A stretch of 63,322 nt of DNA, filler included, from Choristocarpus tenellus KU-1152 (lineage: Eukaryota > Protista > Phaeophyceae), in the NCBI GenBank assembly GCA_964200185.2. It is 8 parts of 8 records of this genome, joined end to end, with 100 filler letters (N's around TTAATTAATTAA, not from the genome) between each part and the next. Parts side by side here need not be neighbours in the genome. Positions count along the whole stretch, not along the records: positions 36,558 to 41,493 come from CAXNAD020012463.1; positions 41,594 to 59,445 come from CAXNAD020000619.1; 6 more parts are not named here. One strand, 5' to 3'. The position numbers and the translations under genes are program-made. Below the pieces are notes generated by a model. The model made no database searches and was not told where the DNA came from. It saw only the letters and a list, made by a program, of their open reading frames with translations. Of the stretch, positions 37,985 through 54,000 are shown piece after piece (position 1 is the stretch's first letter; every line of letters begins with the position of its first letter).

Positions 37985-40900
37985 GCAGTTGAAGCCTTGC
38001 GCGAGCTCAAAGCAGAGCTCGAGGCAACAAGGAGGGCCAAAGCGGCTCTTGTGAACACCAATGCTAGTCTGGTGGAGGTAGGGACCTGCGTCGCGCATCC
38101 AAGTGCTTGCTGTACCTTGTATCTAATTGGTCATAGTTTTCTCCTCTAGACTCCGGGCCCCGCAAGAAGAACAAAGGCCTGATGTGATGATATCAAATTC
38201 TCCACCAGGAACTGCGAATAACACGTGAGAGAGGCGTCGAACCCAACCTGGGTGATAATGATACAGGCGACCTCCAAGCCGAACTCCGTCAGCTGAGGGT
38301 GGAGTTGGAGGAGGGACGAGGATCTCTGGTAGAAACATTATTAGAAAAGACAAAGTTGGAGGAAAGAGTTCGGGATCTGGAGCTGGAGGCAAGGTCTGCA
38401 AAGGTGTGAAATACTTTTTTTTGAGAAAAAGTGAGACCGAGGAGTATTGATGAACCCCAGGTCTTGATCCACGGACAGAGTGTCAAGGATGTCGAGAAAA
38501 TTGAAATAGGAGTTGCAGTGAAAGCAAAATATCGGAATTCCACGTAGAAAAGTAGAGGATAATGTTAGTTCAAGGCAGAACTTGCCTCGAATGGACCCTC
38601 TCCTTTTGTTGGGAAGGGTGGAGGAACGGAGTTGATTGGCCCACCTCTGGCGATGAACACACTTCGTGTTCAGACTCCCACACCGATGGATAGCAATCGT
38701 TCCGCCAGGTATTGGTCTTACCTGATCAGGGTTTTAAATGGAGGAGAATACAATACCAAATAGTGTGACATAATAGACCCAATCAAAGCGCCAGTGGGGG
38801 ACCGTTGCTCCCTTTGTTGCCGCTTCAGTCAACCCTACCCCTCTCTACCCCCTTTCCCCTCCATTGTCAACTCTCACTTTCGCAGGAAATCTCTGAAGGA
38901 GTTCAAGGAGAGAACAAGGAACTAGAGGATGGGTTGCACACCCTGCGCAGCAAACACGATGAATATGTATTGCAGCTGGAAGGTGTGCGGGAAGACCGGG
39001 ACAATGCAACAACAAGGAGTAAGGAAGCAAGCTCCCTGGCCTCCGAGGCTCTGGAAAGTGCAGTAGAACAAAGATGTCGTGCGGAAGAAGCAGAGAAAGC
39101 ACTGTCAGGGTAATATGCATGGGTCCGTTGTGGGGTTGTGGGGTGCACCACTGTGGTGTGTGATGTGTGTGTATGTGAGGTGTGTTGGTGGGATAAATAT
39201 GTTAGGTGCATCAGCAGAGAGTTGTGCTGTCTTTGCCGGGGGGTCTGCGGTCAGGGGGAAAGTTTTGCCCTATTGAGGTGGTGCTCCTCTCAAAGATCTT
39301 GCAACTACTCCTATTGAGACTCTAACCCTAACCCTAACCAGTCCATGACCTTCAACTGAAAAGAGTGTGAGTAAAGTGGTGACTAACCAGAGGTCAAAGT
39401 CTACGTAACTACAACATGGTGTTATCTCCAACAACATTTTTGTATGTGTGCACGTGTGTGCTGGAGTAAAGGTAGTGTTTTTTTTTTAAGAAGCCCTGTT
39501 TTTTTTTGTAAGTGTTTGTCATACAAAGGTGTACCCCCCCTCCATTCTTGCTTAGTATTTATAGAGTAGGTGGGGAGGGTGGTGGTACTGAAGGGAGAAT
39601 AGATGAACTGTGTTCTCTGGAGCCCTCTTAGTTGAATCTCTTTCCCACACCCTTGGACTTCTTGAGCTCTGGTGATGTAGTCATTTTTCAATGTTTCATT
39701 TAGACTCCCTCCCTCAGGTTACTACCATACGACAGCCTTGCCATCCACTTTTTCCCTACTGCAGTACCAATGTGGAGTGCAGTGCCTACAAAAACAGTGC
39801 ATTGCATTTTTTTTTCCCCTTGCTTTCTGACAGTGTCACAGCAGAGGTTGTCGATTTGAAAGTTCGTCTTGAGGAGTTGTCGGTGGAGTTAGCAAATTCG
39901 AAGGAGGTGGTTGTGCCCAGGGAGGACAGAGATGGGGATGCATTAAACTCAAACGAATCTGCAGATGATCGTATGGCACTGAAGGAAGAGGTGAGAGGAG
40001 AAGGAAATACAAGGGGGGGCTACAGAAGTTGGGGGGGAAGGAGGGGGCAGTGTACAGAGTTGCATGTGTAGTCTGCTGTGTGGCATGAAATTATACATGG
40101 AACTGTTGTGGCCATACCCTCTTCACTTGTCTCTGACTGGTTGACCTTTGATAGGAAATGATCCCTCTTTTTGCACTGAGAGTTACGAAAAAAGCTCTCA
40201 TCATCCCTGTACCTACTCCCCCTGCCATGCATGCCGGGTAACTGCCCTTTTTGTGGGTTCCGAAAATCGACCTATGTGCTGGGGGAATGCCTATACTGAA
40301 ATGCTAGTTGCTGCTGGCGCAGGAGGTGATGAAAGAGGCCTTGCCCAATGTGCAGGTAAAAGGAGAGGGAAGTTCCAGAGCTGTGTCCTTGACAGCGATG
40401 ACTACAGGGGATGAGAATGGGAGTGGGGTGGGGGGAGGGGAGGAGGTGGTAGTTAAGACCGAAGACCTGCTTCTTCAAAGATTGGCTGCAGAGAAGGAGG
40501 AGCTCGAGGAGAGGGTGGCGCTGGTGGAGGGAGAGAGGGATGCGGCTCTGCAGGTGCTTCCATTGTGTCATGCCTTTGGTGATGTGATGTGATGTGATGT
40601 GATGTGAACTTTGTAGTGATTGCTATTGGTATTTGGTGCCTTGGTGGTATTTGATACTAGAGCTAAGTGCCTATGAGGAGTTTATGGGAGGTGAGATGCG
40701 TGTTTCTTACTGCTGTTTATTAGAATATTTTTTCGTTTTACTGTGCTGTGATGTACAAATTAGGCCTCTGTGACCGCGGCATCCCAGCTGGAAACCCTTC
40801 AGAAGGCGTTGGCTTCAGCAGAGGAGGAGGCGGTAGATGCCGTAGGGCGGCCGGGACAACTGGAACAAGGACGTTCTGGACAAGAGGGTGGGGTGGATGA

Positions 40901-40985
40901 AGAGAAGAGGGAGATGGGTAATGCCATGACGGAGATGAAGGTGGAGAAGGAGGTCCTTGAGGAAAGCCTCTTGGTGGCAAATAAG
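37985..40985 (+). CDS. Coiled-coil protein, internal fragment (exons 37985-38077, 38209-38403, 38886-39109, 39834-39990, 40308-40553, 40764-40985)
   Basis: Six phase-consistent GT-AG exons rich in E/L/A/R heptads (e.g. DLQAELRQLRVELEEG, LAAEKEELEERVALVEGERDAALQ); start and stop not located. Confidence 0.8.
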
Positions 40986-43900
40986 GTGGGTTGGCGTCTA
41001 CTGGTGTGTTAATGGAACATATGGAGGTAAATACACTCATACATACATACAACACATATGTGTGTGTTTTAGGTGAAAGTAAGGGATGTGCGTAGTATGT
41101 ATGATGGCAAAAATAATAAAAGTGCTTTGTTTGACAACTGTGTTCAATTGGTGCCTTTGACCACCAATGTTGATAGTTTGTATCAGTGGAACTAGTGTGT
41201 GTCTTGGTTGAGAAAAACTTGTCTTGTTCTGTTTGATGTGTGTAGCAATGCTCTATTATAACAGGAGAAATAACCTATGTATCCATGCTTGCAGTCAAAG
41301 CACATGAACGCAGAAACATTTTGTATTATTGGAAAGGCGTTATCATAGTGTAAACAAAAAACTGCCTCCATGATCCACATACATTTGACTGTCGAGACAC
41401 TCTTTGCCCCCTCCCCCCCCCCCCCCCCCCCCCCCTTTTTTTTTTTTTTTTTTTTCCAATTTTGTGGGGGGGGGGGGGGGGGGGGGGTGGGGTNNNNNNN
41501 NNNNNNNNNNNNNNNNNNNNNNNNNNNNNNNNNNNNNTTAATTAATTAANNNNNNNNNNNNNNNNNNNNNNNNNNNNNNNNNNNNNNNNNNNNCCCCCCC
41601 TCCCAGATACTTTGGGTCAAATTCACAGTAACTACTCCGGTGTAGATAATGGTTATCTTTGGTTTGTGTAGTGGTGTGTATGTAAACTCAAGGGCTAATG
41701 ACCTCACTGTCCAGCATACACTTTGTTGATACTGAACGTCTTCCGGTTCCACTTATCCTTGGCCTCCTGGCATGCTGATAACGTAAAGAGCATATATATT
41801 TTCTTAACTTCAGTGTTCAAGGTACAGGACTGCCTTCGCTGATAAGAGAACCCATGAAAGATTATTGAAAACTTATCCTATTTTCAGGGCTTTTTGCTGG
41901 ACTACATAATCGTGATGGGACCTAGCTGTGAGTTGGTCTCTATGAAGTATATTTTAACAAGACCATCATTGGTTCAACCCGACGGGGCCTTGGGCTGGCC
42001 TCAATGAAAAATGTTTGAACAGGGCCGGTCCAGGACCGTCAGGGTTTCAACGAGACAAGGCCCCGAGTTGGGCCTGGTGAAACATTGCTCAACATGGTGG
42101 GTTCACATCTGACCATCTCTCAACATTTTCGGTACTAGTAGTGTTGAAATGACTGAATACGCACCTTGATCGAGTTAAGAAAAACACATTAATTCCCTTA
42201 CGTATTTGGGTCAATTTGGGGACCCGTTAGACATTTTTTTGATCATATAAACCATTCCCGCTTTATCCAGGACTGCCACAGGACAGTCGAACATTTGAAC
42301 TGGACTTGCCTCTGATTGATCCCAGAAAATGAAAAAACAATATAAATCTCGATTCAACTATTCAACTATACGAAATTGGAATGGTCCAGGACCACCGGAG
42401 TTTTCAACCAGTCCAGACGACAGACTATAGTCCCAGTGAAATGTTTCAATCATCTTAGGGCGGTCGAGGGTCGTCCGAGATGTGACTGGTCTCTGCCCGA
42501 CCGCTAGCTCCTGGTCTTGGTCCGGTCACACGATCCGGGTAAATACCCTTCCAGTGAGAAGTCTTACTATTTTGAAGATATCATAGTATATGGAGAAGTT
42601 ACAGCACATACCTCATAACTGGCGAACATGTTCTCCAACGAAAGAAGGGGTATTATTCCTGTGTGTAGTGCAATCAACGTTGTGTTCTTGTGGTTCTTCG
42701 TCTGAGCAATATGAATACCAACTAGCACGGCATAAAGCGGTCGCTCACACAAACTTGTGACCCCATGCATTTGTTATGTGCCCACTTGCAATCTCCCTTA
42801 CACACGTCATAAAGAGTAGCACAGGTGCTGAGCTAGGCGGCTATCCACCCCGAACATGGAGTGGGCTACAAGACTACCGTTCAGGTTCCACGATTGGGTC
42901 TAGAGGGAAAAGAATAGCGCCAGCCTTTTCTGGGCGTTCAGGGCACACCATGAGAACACTCCAGACCCTGCAGGTGAGGATGAGAAAGGGGTGTTCTCAT
43001 GATTGACAAAGGTCGACCTGCTGACGGTATAAGGTAGATGATGTAGCGATTTACAATATACAAAGTAATATACAATATGCAACACCATGCTACCATCTGA
43101 CTACTTTTTTTTAGGTGGATAGAAAGTATACCAATTTCCTTCTCTGTTGGTAAGTGGGTAGCCTAATCCCTTGTTTTAATGTACCACCAACTGATGAGTA
43201 CCACTGCAACAGGCAGGGGCTTCTTGTATGTATGTGATGCGTGTGTGTTATGATGATGGTACTGTCGAATTTGTTTTGGGGAATCCTGTTCTATCCTTTA
43301 GTTATGATCAGTATTTTTACCTGTGCACTCATTTCTTTGATAATACCTCCCCAGGGTGATGATGACACCGTGCTTGCAGTAAAGTTGAGTATTGGAAGTA
43401 GGGCAGGGGCTATATTAGAATAGCTGCAGTAAAACAGAGACATGCATTCATTCCTGCACTTGTTTGTGAAACGCTCAAGAGCTCCATTGATCAAGGAAGA
43501 TAATGAGAGTATCAGTAACATGAATATGAAACAATAGGTGGACTCACAGGCCTAGGTGAGCTAAACATTTGGATGTAGAGAGCAAGTGCCCTAGTGCAAA
43601 TCCAATGACGCCAGAGAAGGGTGGGAAGGGAATAAAATCGATGTCACTTATTATGTATGTCTTATTGTCCAGCCTCCGAATAGGAACCTTGTGCAATCCG
43701 GTCATATCGCAAGTGGCCAACAAGAAGAGCATGTCTCCAGACCTGAACAACCTGTCCCCACCTTGAGTCTGCCATGGATCGTCTTGTATTGCGGAGGAAA
43801 CATGAATGTGAGTGAGTGTAGGAGCGTTGGGAGTAACTCATCAAACGCTTTGTACCCGTTACGTATATACTCCGTACATAGCATTGTTAATTTAAGTAAC

Positions 43901-46900
43901 ACTCTTGTGTAGGACTAGGTGGCAACTCATCAAAATGGACGTGTTTTTTTCTGTCTCGTCTGGGCCTCATTGCCCCCCTCCATGCTTGTCGATGTTTCCG
44001 CTAGGTCAACACACCATTTCCAGACTTTTTTTTGTTGTTTATCGAGGCAATGGGGTACTGATTAGCTGCCAGAGAGGCAAGCCAAAACATTGAGTTAGGA
44101 GCTTTCTGCTTTGGTCTGCAGATTGTGTGATACGCCTCCTGACAGGGCTCTTTCCGAGACTGTTTTGCTTACCCTCAGGCTGGATATCCTAGTTGATTGT
44201 TGAATGCTTACATAGAGGCGTAAATGGTACCATGACCGAGAATTTTCCCATGGATAGATTAGCATGCATGGCCGTGTGCAATAAAACACAAATACACTTG
44301 TACAGCGCGTAGAGCATACTGGCCAACCAGAATCGGGAGATATGAGATAGTGGTATATGTACTGCTAGTAAATTGTTACCCTTGAATGTTTTTGAATGGT
44401 GCCAGAGGGTGTGCAATCTCAAAACAGTGTGTTACTTTTTATGGGATTATGGTTTTTGAGGAGAAAACGTCTTGCAACCTAGTTTGTGGTAAAAATACTT
44501 GTGCAACGAGTGAGCTGTGCCGCAATTTAATGTACGTCGTGATTTGTTTGAAATTTGGATATTAACATTTAGATTCGAAATAGCAGTTCACCGTTTACTT
44601 TACTATTTACTATTTTGTATCCATACCCACGGACGTGCTTTGTAGATGAAGTCAGGGGGAAGGCAAGGATAATAGACGGCGTTTTTCCATTTGTAAATGA
44701 TCCGTTTGCTTTTTTGGAACCATTACTACTTATTTGTTTGTAGTTCCTTGCTTGGAGGAATGTGCGATTGCAAGTAGGGTACCTGTATGCCTACTCAAGT
44801 GTGCACTTCCCCTGCATAGTCAGTTCACTCCTCAGATCAATATTTTCTCTAGTTCACTCATCACAATGAATTATTGTCACGGATAACTGCTGCATCGCAT
44901 CAACAGGATCACAAAACCGTCCACGCAACTTGCAAGGAGCTGGGGATGGCTTATCGTAGAGAGGAATGCTTTGGGGAATGGTGACTTCAATCATCAGTAA
45001 CAATGATTATAACTTGTGCGAGGCGGGGACTGTCGTCTTGCAAGCTGCTGTTTATGCTCACCAAGAGGAGGGAACAAATGTTTGATAAGTCGTTTTGGAT
45101 GTGGCAATCAAGTGCTCTCTAGAGGATAAGAACACATTACAGCACTTGCACCACCTTTCTCTTGCTTGTTTGCCCTCTCTGCCTGTGGTATACTTTTTTA
45201 CTTAGTACTTGATAATTACTCCAGTGTATGAATAGGCAGATTGTGTTGTGTATCGTCTAGACTGGTAATTCTACCTGAAGAAGTCGTTAGATAGACTGAG
45301 ATGCGAACGAATCACACTCAATGAGAACAGGTGCGAGAAACCCTTCCCTTTTTTCGCAATGAGTAAGGATACCTAGCTTTTTATTTTCACATAAACGTAA
45401 CAACTGTAGTGTCGTGGTTGACCAGAAAGGCTCTAGAGTGGATAACCCTGCATAGTGCGTATTTCTGCACCAAGTGAGGTAGTGATTGATGACGTACGTA
45501 TGCACATATTTGTATGTGTGCGAATATCGTTGATTTGATAGCTGTTGTTGTGGGTGCAAAGGATCGCTGGGGGAGTTAGACCTTGCAACAAGCAAGGGGC
45601 GTTTTGAAGCTAGTGTCTTGCATGTAGTATGTGTTAAAGTATCCCCAAAATCGTCAGAGGATAAATGTGATAAACCCGGCGAGATTGCCTGTGGCCACTT
45701 AGCTATGGAATTCGTATCATTTACCTGTATGGGATTCAATGATGTCACTGACAGGGACCTGGGATAATTGATTTGTTGTGATTAATAGAAGTCTAATAGA
45801 ACATTTTTTTGTCGGTTTGTGCCACCTTCCCTTCTTGGTACCAGGTCGTATATGCAGCATCGCTATCATGCTCACCCAGTACTGGCCGAATGGGGATACG
45901 TTTTTGTTTTTCGACATTTTTTTTGCCTGTTTATTCCTTTTTGTCTTGTATAAAAGATGGGCCAACTCACCTTTGGGTAGGAGGTGGGCCTTGAGGCAGA
46001 TCATGCATCTTTCGCATGACACGCTCTGCAAGTTGTAAGTATTTCTTTGGCAAGCAAAAAGATAATAATATTAGCAAGTTTTGACACTACTCGTTTCGAA
46101 ATATAGTACCAGCATTTCGAATTTATCCAGCGCTTCAAATTTATCCACCACTTTCCATCAGGGTGGTTAAAAGTGACAGTGCCACTCCAGAAAGAGAATG
46201 TTATTTAATGGGACCAGTCGAGGACCATCAGAGACTTTAACTGGTCACTAACAACGGACCAGTCGCAGTTATTATTATATCTGAACATGGCTGGGCGAGA
46301 GCCATGAAGATTGTAAACCCAACCGAGCCGTGGATCAAATCAGGTAAAATATGTTGTAACAAGATCGGACCAGGACCATCGAAATTGTGAATGGACCAAA
46401 AGTTACCACCACTCATAACTCATCTATCTTACTCATGATGAAAAATATGCTGTTACATTGTATTATTATTAGTATTTTTGTTGCTTATTCTAAGTACTAA
46501 ACTTCAACTAGATGAGTTACGAGTACCATTAACTTTTGGTCTAGTCACAGCCTCGACAGATGTACAGAACGCAATACAACATATATATGTGTAAGTAGTT
46601 TTTTTGTTGTTAGACCATGTAAGAGTATGTTTTTATTGTCTTGAGCTAAATAATACAGCATACTCCGTAGTACCAAGTACGTCACAGTGGTACCACAAGT
46701 AGTCAAGGTGTATTCGGTGATCGATGGTAGTCGGAAGGTCTATATTATGCCATCATTGTATTGTATTATCAGAATGTGATGTAATCACAAAGAATTCATT
46801 GCCCACTTTTTTGGTAGAACTGAGGTGTGATTCGGTTATAGTAAGGCAAGTCATCATTTCTAACTCAATAAAAACAAAAAAAATGCATCTTCTGTCCACA

Positions 46901-48230
46901 ATGCGTTGCCCAAAAGGAGAACACTTCTAGGGGGGTTAAAGTGAGGTGGTGGTAGTCAATACCCCGCAATGCTAAAATCAAAACGCTGGTTGTTTGAACA
47001 GGTTAATATAATATCCAATAATGTGTAACATCTAGAATTTGACAGGAGAAACTGAGTGTGGTTTCTCTACATCTATTGAGGTTCTATTTTGTTCCATTTG
47101 ATGGGATATTTGTATGTTTATGAATACTTATCTTCTCTCACGAGTATTTATATCTATACACAAGTATACACTTCCATCGAAAACTTCCATTTCAAAGCAC
47201 TGTATTTTTTTGCACCAATATATGTATAGGGAGCTAACTTGGAAATAGTAAAGGATAGGTAGGTGTGAAAAAAATCGTACCATACCATGTTAACCTGCTC
47301 CTTTGTGAGCCAACAACAATGAAAAACTAAGGAACCAGTAACTCAAGGTAGTATTAATATTTAATATTATATTCATCACCATTTGACACTATCACCACGT
47401 GCAAAACACTCCATGTACTGACGACATGATGAGCGCATCTGTTCTGCATCAAACTGTACAATTCTCAACTCAAATTTAATGACCACACACGCTCCAAAAG
47501 CTCCTCAATTGATGGATGAACATTCAACTCGCTATTTGGAATAGGTAGCTTACAAAAGTTTTTTGGTAAGTGGATGTATAGCAGCAGTAAGATTAGGGCT
47601 ATTCAAACATGCACTGCCCACTGCTATATACCCAAGAGTACTTGTTTGGCGATGCAGCACTATGTGCTCATGATACTTTAATGAAATTGCCAGTATGAAG
47701 TTGTTGGGTTTGGTGGGTACAACTCATTTCTTACAGAAAGTGCACGAGGAATAGGAGCATAGGTGGTAAGAGAATGGTCCAACACATACATTGATGTGCA
47801 AGGTCGTATCACCCAATAATCCTCAGCTATATTGAGTATCAGAAGAATACTTAGCCTTGGTTCACTGCCATCAACGTTGTTGCGTAAGCCAAATACTATA
47901 GTTCCCTTCTGCAGATCATATGCAGCATTAAGGGGGTGCAAGAGGGAGCACACAGCCCATCCAACCAGCCACAAGCTACCTACAGCAGCCACCCCCCTCC
48001 AATCCACACTGTCCTCCTAGCTCCCTCCCTTATTCAGATAAATTGTGCACGCATTCCAAAAATCGTAACCTTCCTACCCCCCCTAGTTGACGTCATGGCT
48101 CCTAAGTAATCCTTTGCATCTTACACACCCCTACCACGGGTGTTTTGACTTCTCAACAGAGCCCCCACATCAGATGGCAGAGCTCTTAAGCACTATTGCT
48201 ACAAGGCAACATAATCCATGGTTACCTATC

Positions 48231-50960
48231 TTAATCATCTAGTGCAGAGGCACCCGAGATGATTTCAATGAGCTCAGTGGTGATGCGTGACTGGCGTGCC
48301 CGATTGTACACCAGCGTAAGGCTATCAATCATCTCCCCAGCATTCTTGCTGGCATTCTCCATAGCATTCATCCGAGAGGATTGCTCTGAGGTGGCACCCT
48401 CCATCAGGCTGTAGTGCATCTGTGATGCCAGAAGGAACTCATAGAGGTCCTGCAGTATAGTATTGTCAGAAGGGATATTAGGGAGCGCTGGTGGGGGAGC
48501 AGGAAGGAAGTACAATCCATAGATGACCAACCTAATTTTTTTTTGAGTGTAAGAATAAATAATGATGCACAGGAATGTATTCTAGAGTTCTACCCACTTC
48601 AATTATCACCTCTACAATTAATAATACTAAGTACTTTCAAGTACTGGACTAACTCCTCCACAGTGTAAGGTAGAATGTATGTCCAGAGTGCAACAGGGGT
48701 GAATACACATGTGCAAACCTCAGGCAATGTAGTACTTGGACAGTATCACCCTTGCCTAGGACCACACTTCAGAGTCCACTTGTCTGTGACATTTAGTGCC
48801 CAGTGCCACACTCAGGGCTATGCGCTCAACAAACTATACCTTTCTGAAAAGGTTTGGTTGTCAAACCCCCTAAAAGATTAATATGAGTGATGTCAAGTCA
48901 CATGCTATTTTTCTGAGGGGTGAAAAGCTACTAGACACCAGAGATCATAGTGAACCAATTACCACTTGAACAAATACCACAAAAGTACCTCCTACAACCA
49001 TAGCCCCTGTACTGTCACACACCTCCCACACCCAAAAGGTACCTGCTTCAGAATACAGACAAAATGTGATATGGCGATTCAATAAACATTGATGTAAAAA
49101 TGTACACAGCTACAAATGTACCAGTACCTGCTGCAGAACTCAAGAATCCATCAATTGGTTGCATACCTACATTGATTAGGGTCCAACTGGTCATGGCATT
49201 TGAGCAATAATAAACTGAAGTCATTTCCTTACTATTATTATTACGACTGTTACAATGACTTCAACACTACACTATCAATACAGTGCATCAACCAATACTG
49301 GTTCAAAGTATGTGAGGTGGGGGGGTGGGGGTGACGGCTGTCCATTCGGGACCCATTTTTCCATGTTGCGATTTTAGGGTGATTTGGTTGCATGAGTCGG
49401 ATGAATAATGTAAGTGCACTTCTCCTGGTCAGGGTCCGAATAGACACCATGGTGTAGATCCCTCCCCCCCCACAGATACTTTCACCCACCACAATAGTAG
49501 GCTTTGAACACACCTTTGGCACAGTCTTTACACAATCAAATATAGTACCTCACTGTCATTCCTATTCATATCCCAGGTATTGTATTTAGAAACAGGATAT
49601 TCCACTGAAAACCACATAACCTGTAAATAAAGTGTCCCTTCAATGCAGCATTTAAAATCGCATCTCACTCACCAACTGAAAGAAAAAACACACACTGCTA
49701 ACCCAGCTCACTCACTAAAACTTCACTTCCTTGGCCTTTTCCAGCTCTACTCCTTGTATTGATACAATTTCATGTTACAATATTAAAATGCTAGGCACAG
49801 AAGCATAGTTCACCTGAAGAACCTCTTCCTTGGTGTCTGGTTCAAACTCATATTCCAACATTGGTTCCTCCTCAGTGTTGGTGAGACTGGGGATGCTCTG
49901 GCAAGAGGTCTCGTATGCAATTGCAGACTTGAACTTGTTGTAGACACTGAATCAACAAGTCAAACAAGACCAAGACCAGCATAGAAAGACAACATCACAC
50001 AGTACAAGAGACAGCCAGCACAAAAAATGAACCCGATGTGAGGACAAGAGGGGAGGAGAGAGCAGCATTCATTTTCCTATCAAACTGAAAGGACTTGGTT
50101 ATTTCAAGGTGTACCTTAGGTGCCACTATTAACTCTCCTAGCATCCCAATCATTGAGCTCATGCAGTGTGTGAGCAGCAATAGCATATAAAAATACAAAA
50201 AAGTAACACAATCACTACACAAGTTGGAGTAAGAATATACTTCAAAATATGCACTCTTACACAGGTGTGTACCAAAATACCCTCTATTTTCACCATCAGT
50301 CCAAACAATTTACATAGCCTTCCCCATAAACCAACAGAAAAGACACCGAACAAAGGAGACACAAGACAGGATACCTACACAGACAAGTAAAACAACACAT
50401 CACCAGAGACACCCCCACCCCCATCCAATCAGATAACAAGGATGTCTGTCCTCAAAAGAACCAAAACCCCCCAAAACAGTCGAGTACTGCTTCAACTTTA
50501 TACAACAGAGAAGCATGTAAAGACATGTAGATCAATGTCATGCAAGGCAGAGAGAGGGAGGAGAGTCACCCCCTCCAAAAACCAAAGATGTGAGGTTACC
50601 AATAACATCTTCGCCTCAAAAAACTGGTTGCCAACTACCGTCCACTGGATGTACATATTGCTAGCTGTCCTCTTATTCAGTCGAATACCCTTTCCAACAG
50701 CACAGTCAATAGTATCAAAACATCCCATCCCTTGCAACAACAATCTACAGGTGAAACAGGAATGGTGGGCTCATAAGGTTGCTTCAATTATTCTAATTCA
50801 TAGGTTGCTGACATGTGGAGGGCATCAAATTCATTCTTGAGAGCCTCTCTCGTCACCGCAGCTGCCATGCTAAACTGCATTGGGGTGAGGGCCTCTGTAA
50901 GAGTGCGGTCCATTATCTGTACAATACGAGACAAGCATGAGACATATTCAAAATACACAC

Positions 50961-51001
<41 letters not shown>

Positions 51002-54000
51002 GAGTCATACACCACACCGCTCTACTTCAAGAAACACCATGCCATTTACTATATAACATGTCCCAATACATCACAATTGTATACATTTCAACAACGACAT
51101 AGGTGCAGTAAACCCAGGCCATGCGGAAGTGGTGGATGATGGTCAGCAAATGCGCATGTAACAAAACCTAAGATTCAGGTGCATCACTTCTATTTTATTT
51201 GTTCTACCAAAAATCAAAATCAAAATCAGTAAAAAACGTCTTCTATCGTTACGCAAATTATTTGAGTCTCCTTTGAACACTGCCTACTCCAATATACAAA
51301 CCGGACTATTTGTGCATCATTGAACTCAACTGGTAATGGGAATGAATACAAACTAACCTCTCAAGTGCCATCAAGGCAAATCAGCACATTAATAAATCAG
51401 ACATATCTATCAATATCAAGTCACTGAGGTGAACAGCCGGGAAGGGAGCAACCCAGCGGAAACAAATCAAGGATACAAAGCAGGGCAATGAAGTAAGCCA
51501 CCTGTTGATGATGACACAACATACCCCTTCATGGAAGTAGGAAATGATATTTCTTCGCCAGGATCAATTGTGCATGGTTTTCATGGAGAGATGATTTACT
51601 CATGCGTGTTTTCCCACCCAGTGAGATGTTCCTACAAAACATTTGTACATTTTGGGCATTCAAAAAGACTCCACAGGTACAACTTTGAACAGATTTTTGT
51701 ACAGATGTAGCAATAGGAGCACTACAGACAAATCAAGAGCGCAGTACTACAATAAAGAAGAAGCTTCACATTCCAGTTGGACATGATGCACCTTTTCAGA
51801 GACACCTCTCGATACTTCAAAAAACACACGACTGACGATATTCAGGACTGAAAATATTTCTACACATTCCTTCCCTCTTACCCCACTCAGTAGCATGTAA
51901 CACACGAATCGACTCCTGATTGATCTCATGCATTGAAAGAGAGGCAACCACCCACAACACCGTTAAAAAAAACTGTACCCACCATTGGAACACCGGAACA
52001 GAATGGTGAGAATAATAATGCTCCTCCCTTTTCACACAACATACCTCACAAAGTCCAAACCAATTATATTGAAAAGCAAACGAAAACATCTACACATAAG
52101 AAACAGAGAAACTACGAAGCATCAGTTATGGGCAGGCTATAAATGCCCAAGAGGGCATTACATCTTCAATATCTATTTACAGGAGGTTTTGCAAAAAGGC
52201 GTAATGACATTACCCTAAAATCTCAGTGAAACCCAACTCATCAATATATTAACTGATCCCTGATGCCCGTGTGAGAGGCTTTTACATACATGTGCTGGTC
52301 TTCCAGAAGCAAACCACTCTGGTAACCGCTGAAACTGATTCTGAACAGGAGAAGTACTATCTACATAATAAACACAAGAGAGTTGTGCAACCAGGAGAGA
52401 GACCCTATGCAACAGATGCTGGTCACTGTACAAAATGAAAGAGGTGATCTTCCTTCCAACCCTCAACAAGGTGACTTCGCTACAATTCTCTGTTCCAATT
52501 TCCAATTCCACCCACCACTGACGACAGCCTTCATCCTTTCCTTTACAAGGTAGGGGCTATAGCTCTTTAGAACCACACTTGATCAACAGAAGAAAATACC
52601 GTCCTCTTCACTTTTACTTGCAGTGAATGAAAAAGCCCCCCCTGTGAATACACACCACTGATCTGTAATGATCCCATCCTATTCTTCAATGCAGTGCCAA
52701 TGCAAACAACCCTTGCCCTTGCCCTAACCCTTGACAAGGCACACAACACACCTCGGGGTACAACCTAGACAGCTGGGAACGGCCTTTCTCCCCCACCACC
52801 AGGATGGTGGCCTCCTTGCCCTCATCCTCAAGACTGGAAACGATCTTCTTGATGCCCCTGCTCACAAACGAGTTCACGCCTTCCAGAAAAAGAAAAAATA
52901 CAACGTTAGCCTTGTGAGCAGGCCACACACCTAGTGCACAAGAACACCTTCAACCATCCTATGTTGCCTCAACACAAGCTAACACCTCCTACACACTTCC
53001 CAAGGCCACATGTTTTCTGTAACACTCATGTTGAAGAGTATGTAATGTAACAGATACTTCACTTGGGTCACAATTGCACCTACATAGGTAGAAGAAAATA
53101 CAAAGCTTTGCCTATGAAACTATAGTCAAGGTAGAAATATAGCAGACAGGTAAGGGTACTCCTCTCATACTTACGACAAAAATCACTGCACAGTGCAACA
53201 GATCAAACCTCCAAATGAACCCCCCCCCCCCCCCCCCTGCAATATTTACCAACATCAACGTGGTACAAGAACAAGATCATTTCAAGTAGGCTGGTGAAGG
53301 GAGTTCTAAGGATAGATACCCCTGGTGGTGGTGTGGACTTTTTCTCCTGTTATTGCAGCATAGCTATAGCACTACAAATACATCTATGCTGACATTAATG
53401 GCCAAAGGGTACATATCTGTACCACATTTCAATAGTGCACGAGAAAGGGCAGGACACATTGGTTTACAACCTTAATTAGAGAGGGCACACTGATGGGAGG
53501 TGCCACAAAGCAAAACCACCATGCAGCAGAGTCAACTGCAACAGTGATAACCAGTTCACTATCTATCTCATTGCCATTTGCTACAGATATAATAATCATG
53601 GAAATTTCCTGATACTCTGATGCTGTCCAAAATACTTAAAAGCCAGCACTATATCAACATCTGATTGGAGGAAGAACAAAAGTAAATAACTGTGTGTACT
53701 CCCTGCAAAAAATACAAAATAAACCGGAATCTGTTTAAGTACGCACAAAACCTTCCCATATCGCACTTGTTACCAATACAGAATACTGTTGCCTACTTCA
53801 GCAAGGAAAGTGAAACAGGAAATTGAGCGCAGCCTACATTTCTTTGGCTCTGTGGTATTACATGACTAAACACCTCAAACGTAACAGCCAAAACTGTACA
53901 ATGCATGAACAATACCAAGATGTTACAAACCCTACCCGATCATAGCTATGTCAATCCTCCAATATCCACACTATTCTCTTTACATAGCACAGTCAAATCC

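Noticed and set aside
39324-39339. True telomere
   Set aside because: Only about three hexamers, inside an intron.
41650-46050. Possible plus-strand exons (about 42825-42973, 45845-46030) and degenerate GGCC-rich repeats
   Set aside because: No phase-consistent model or recognisable domain could be built.
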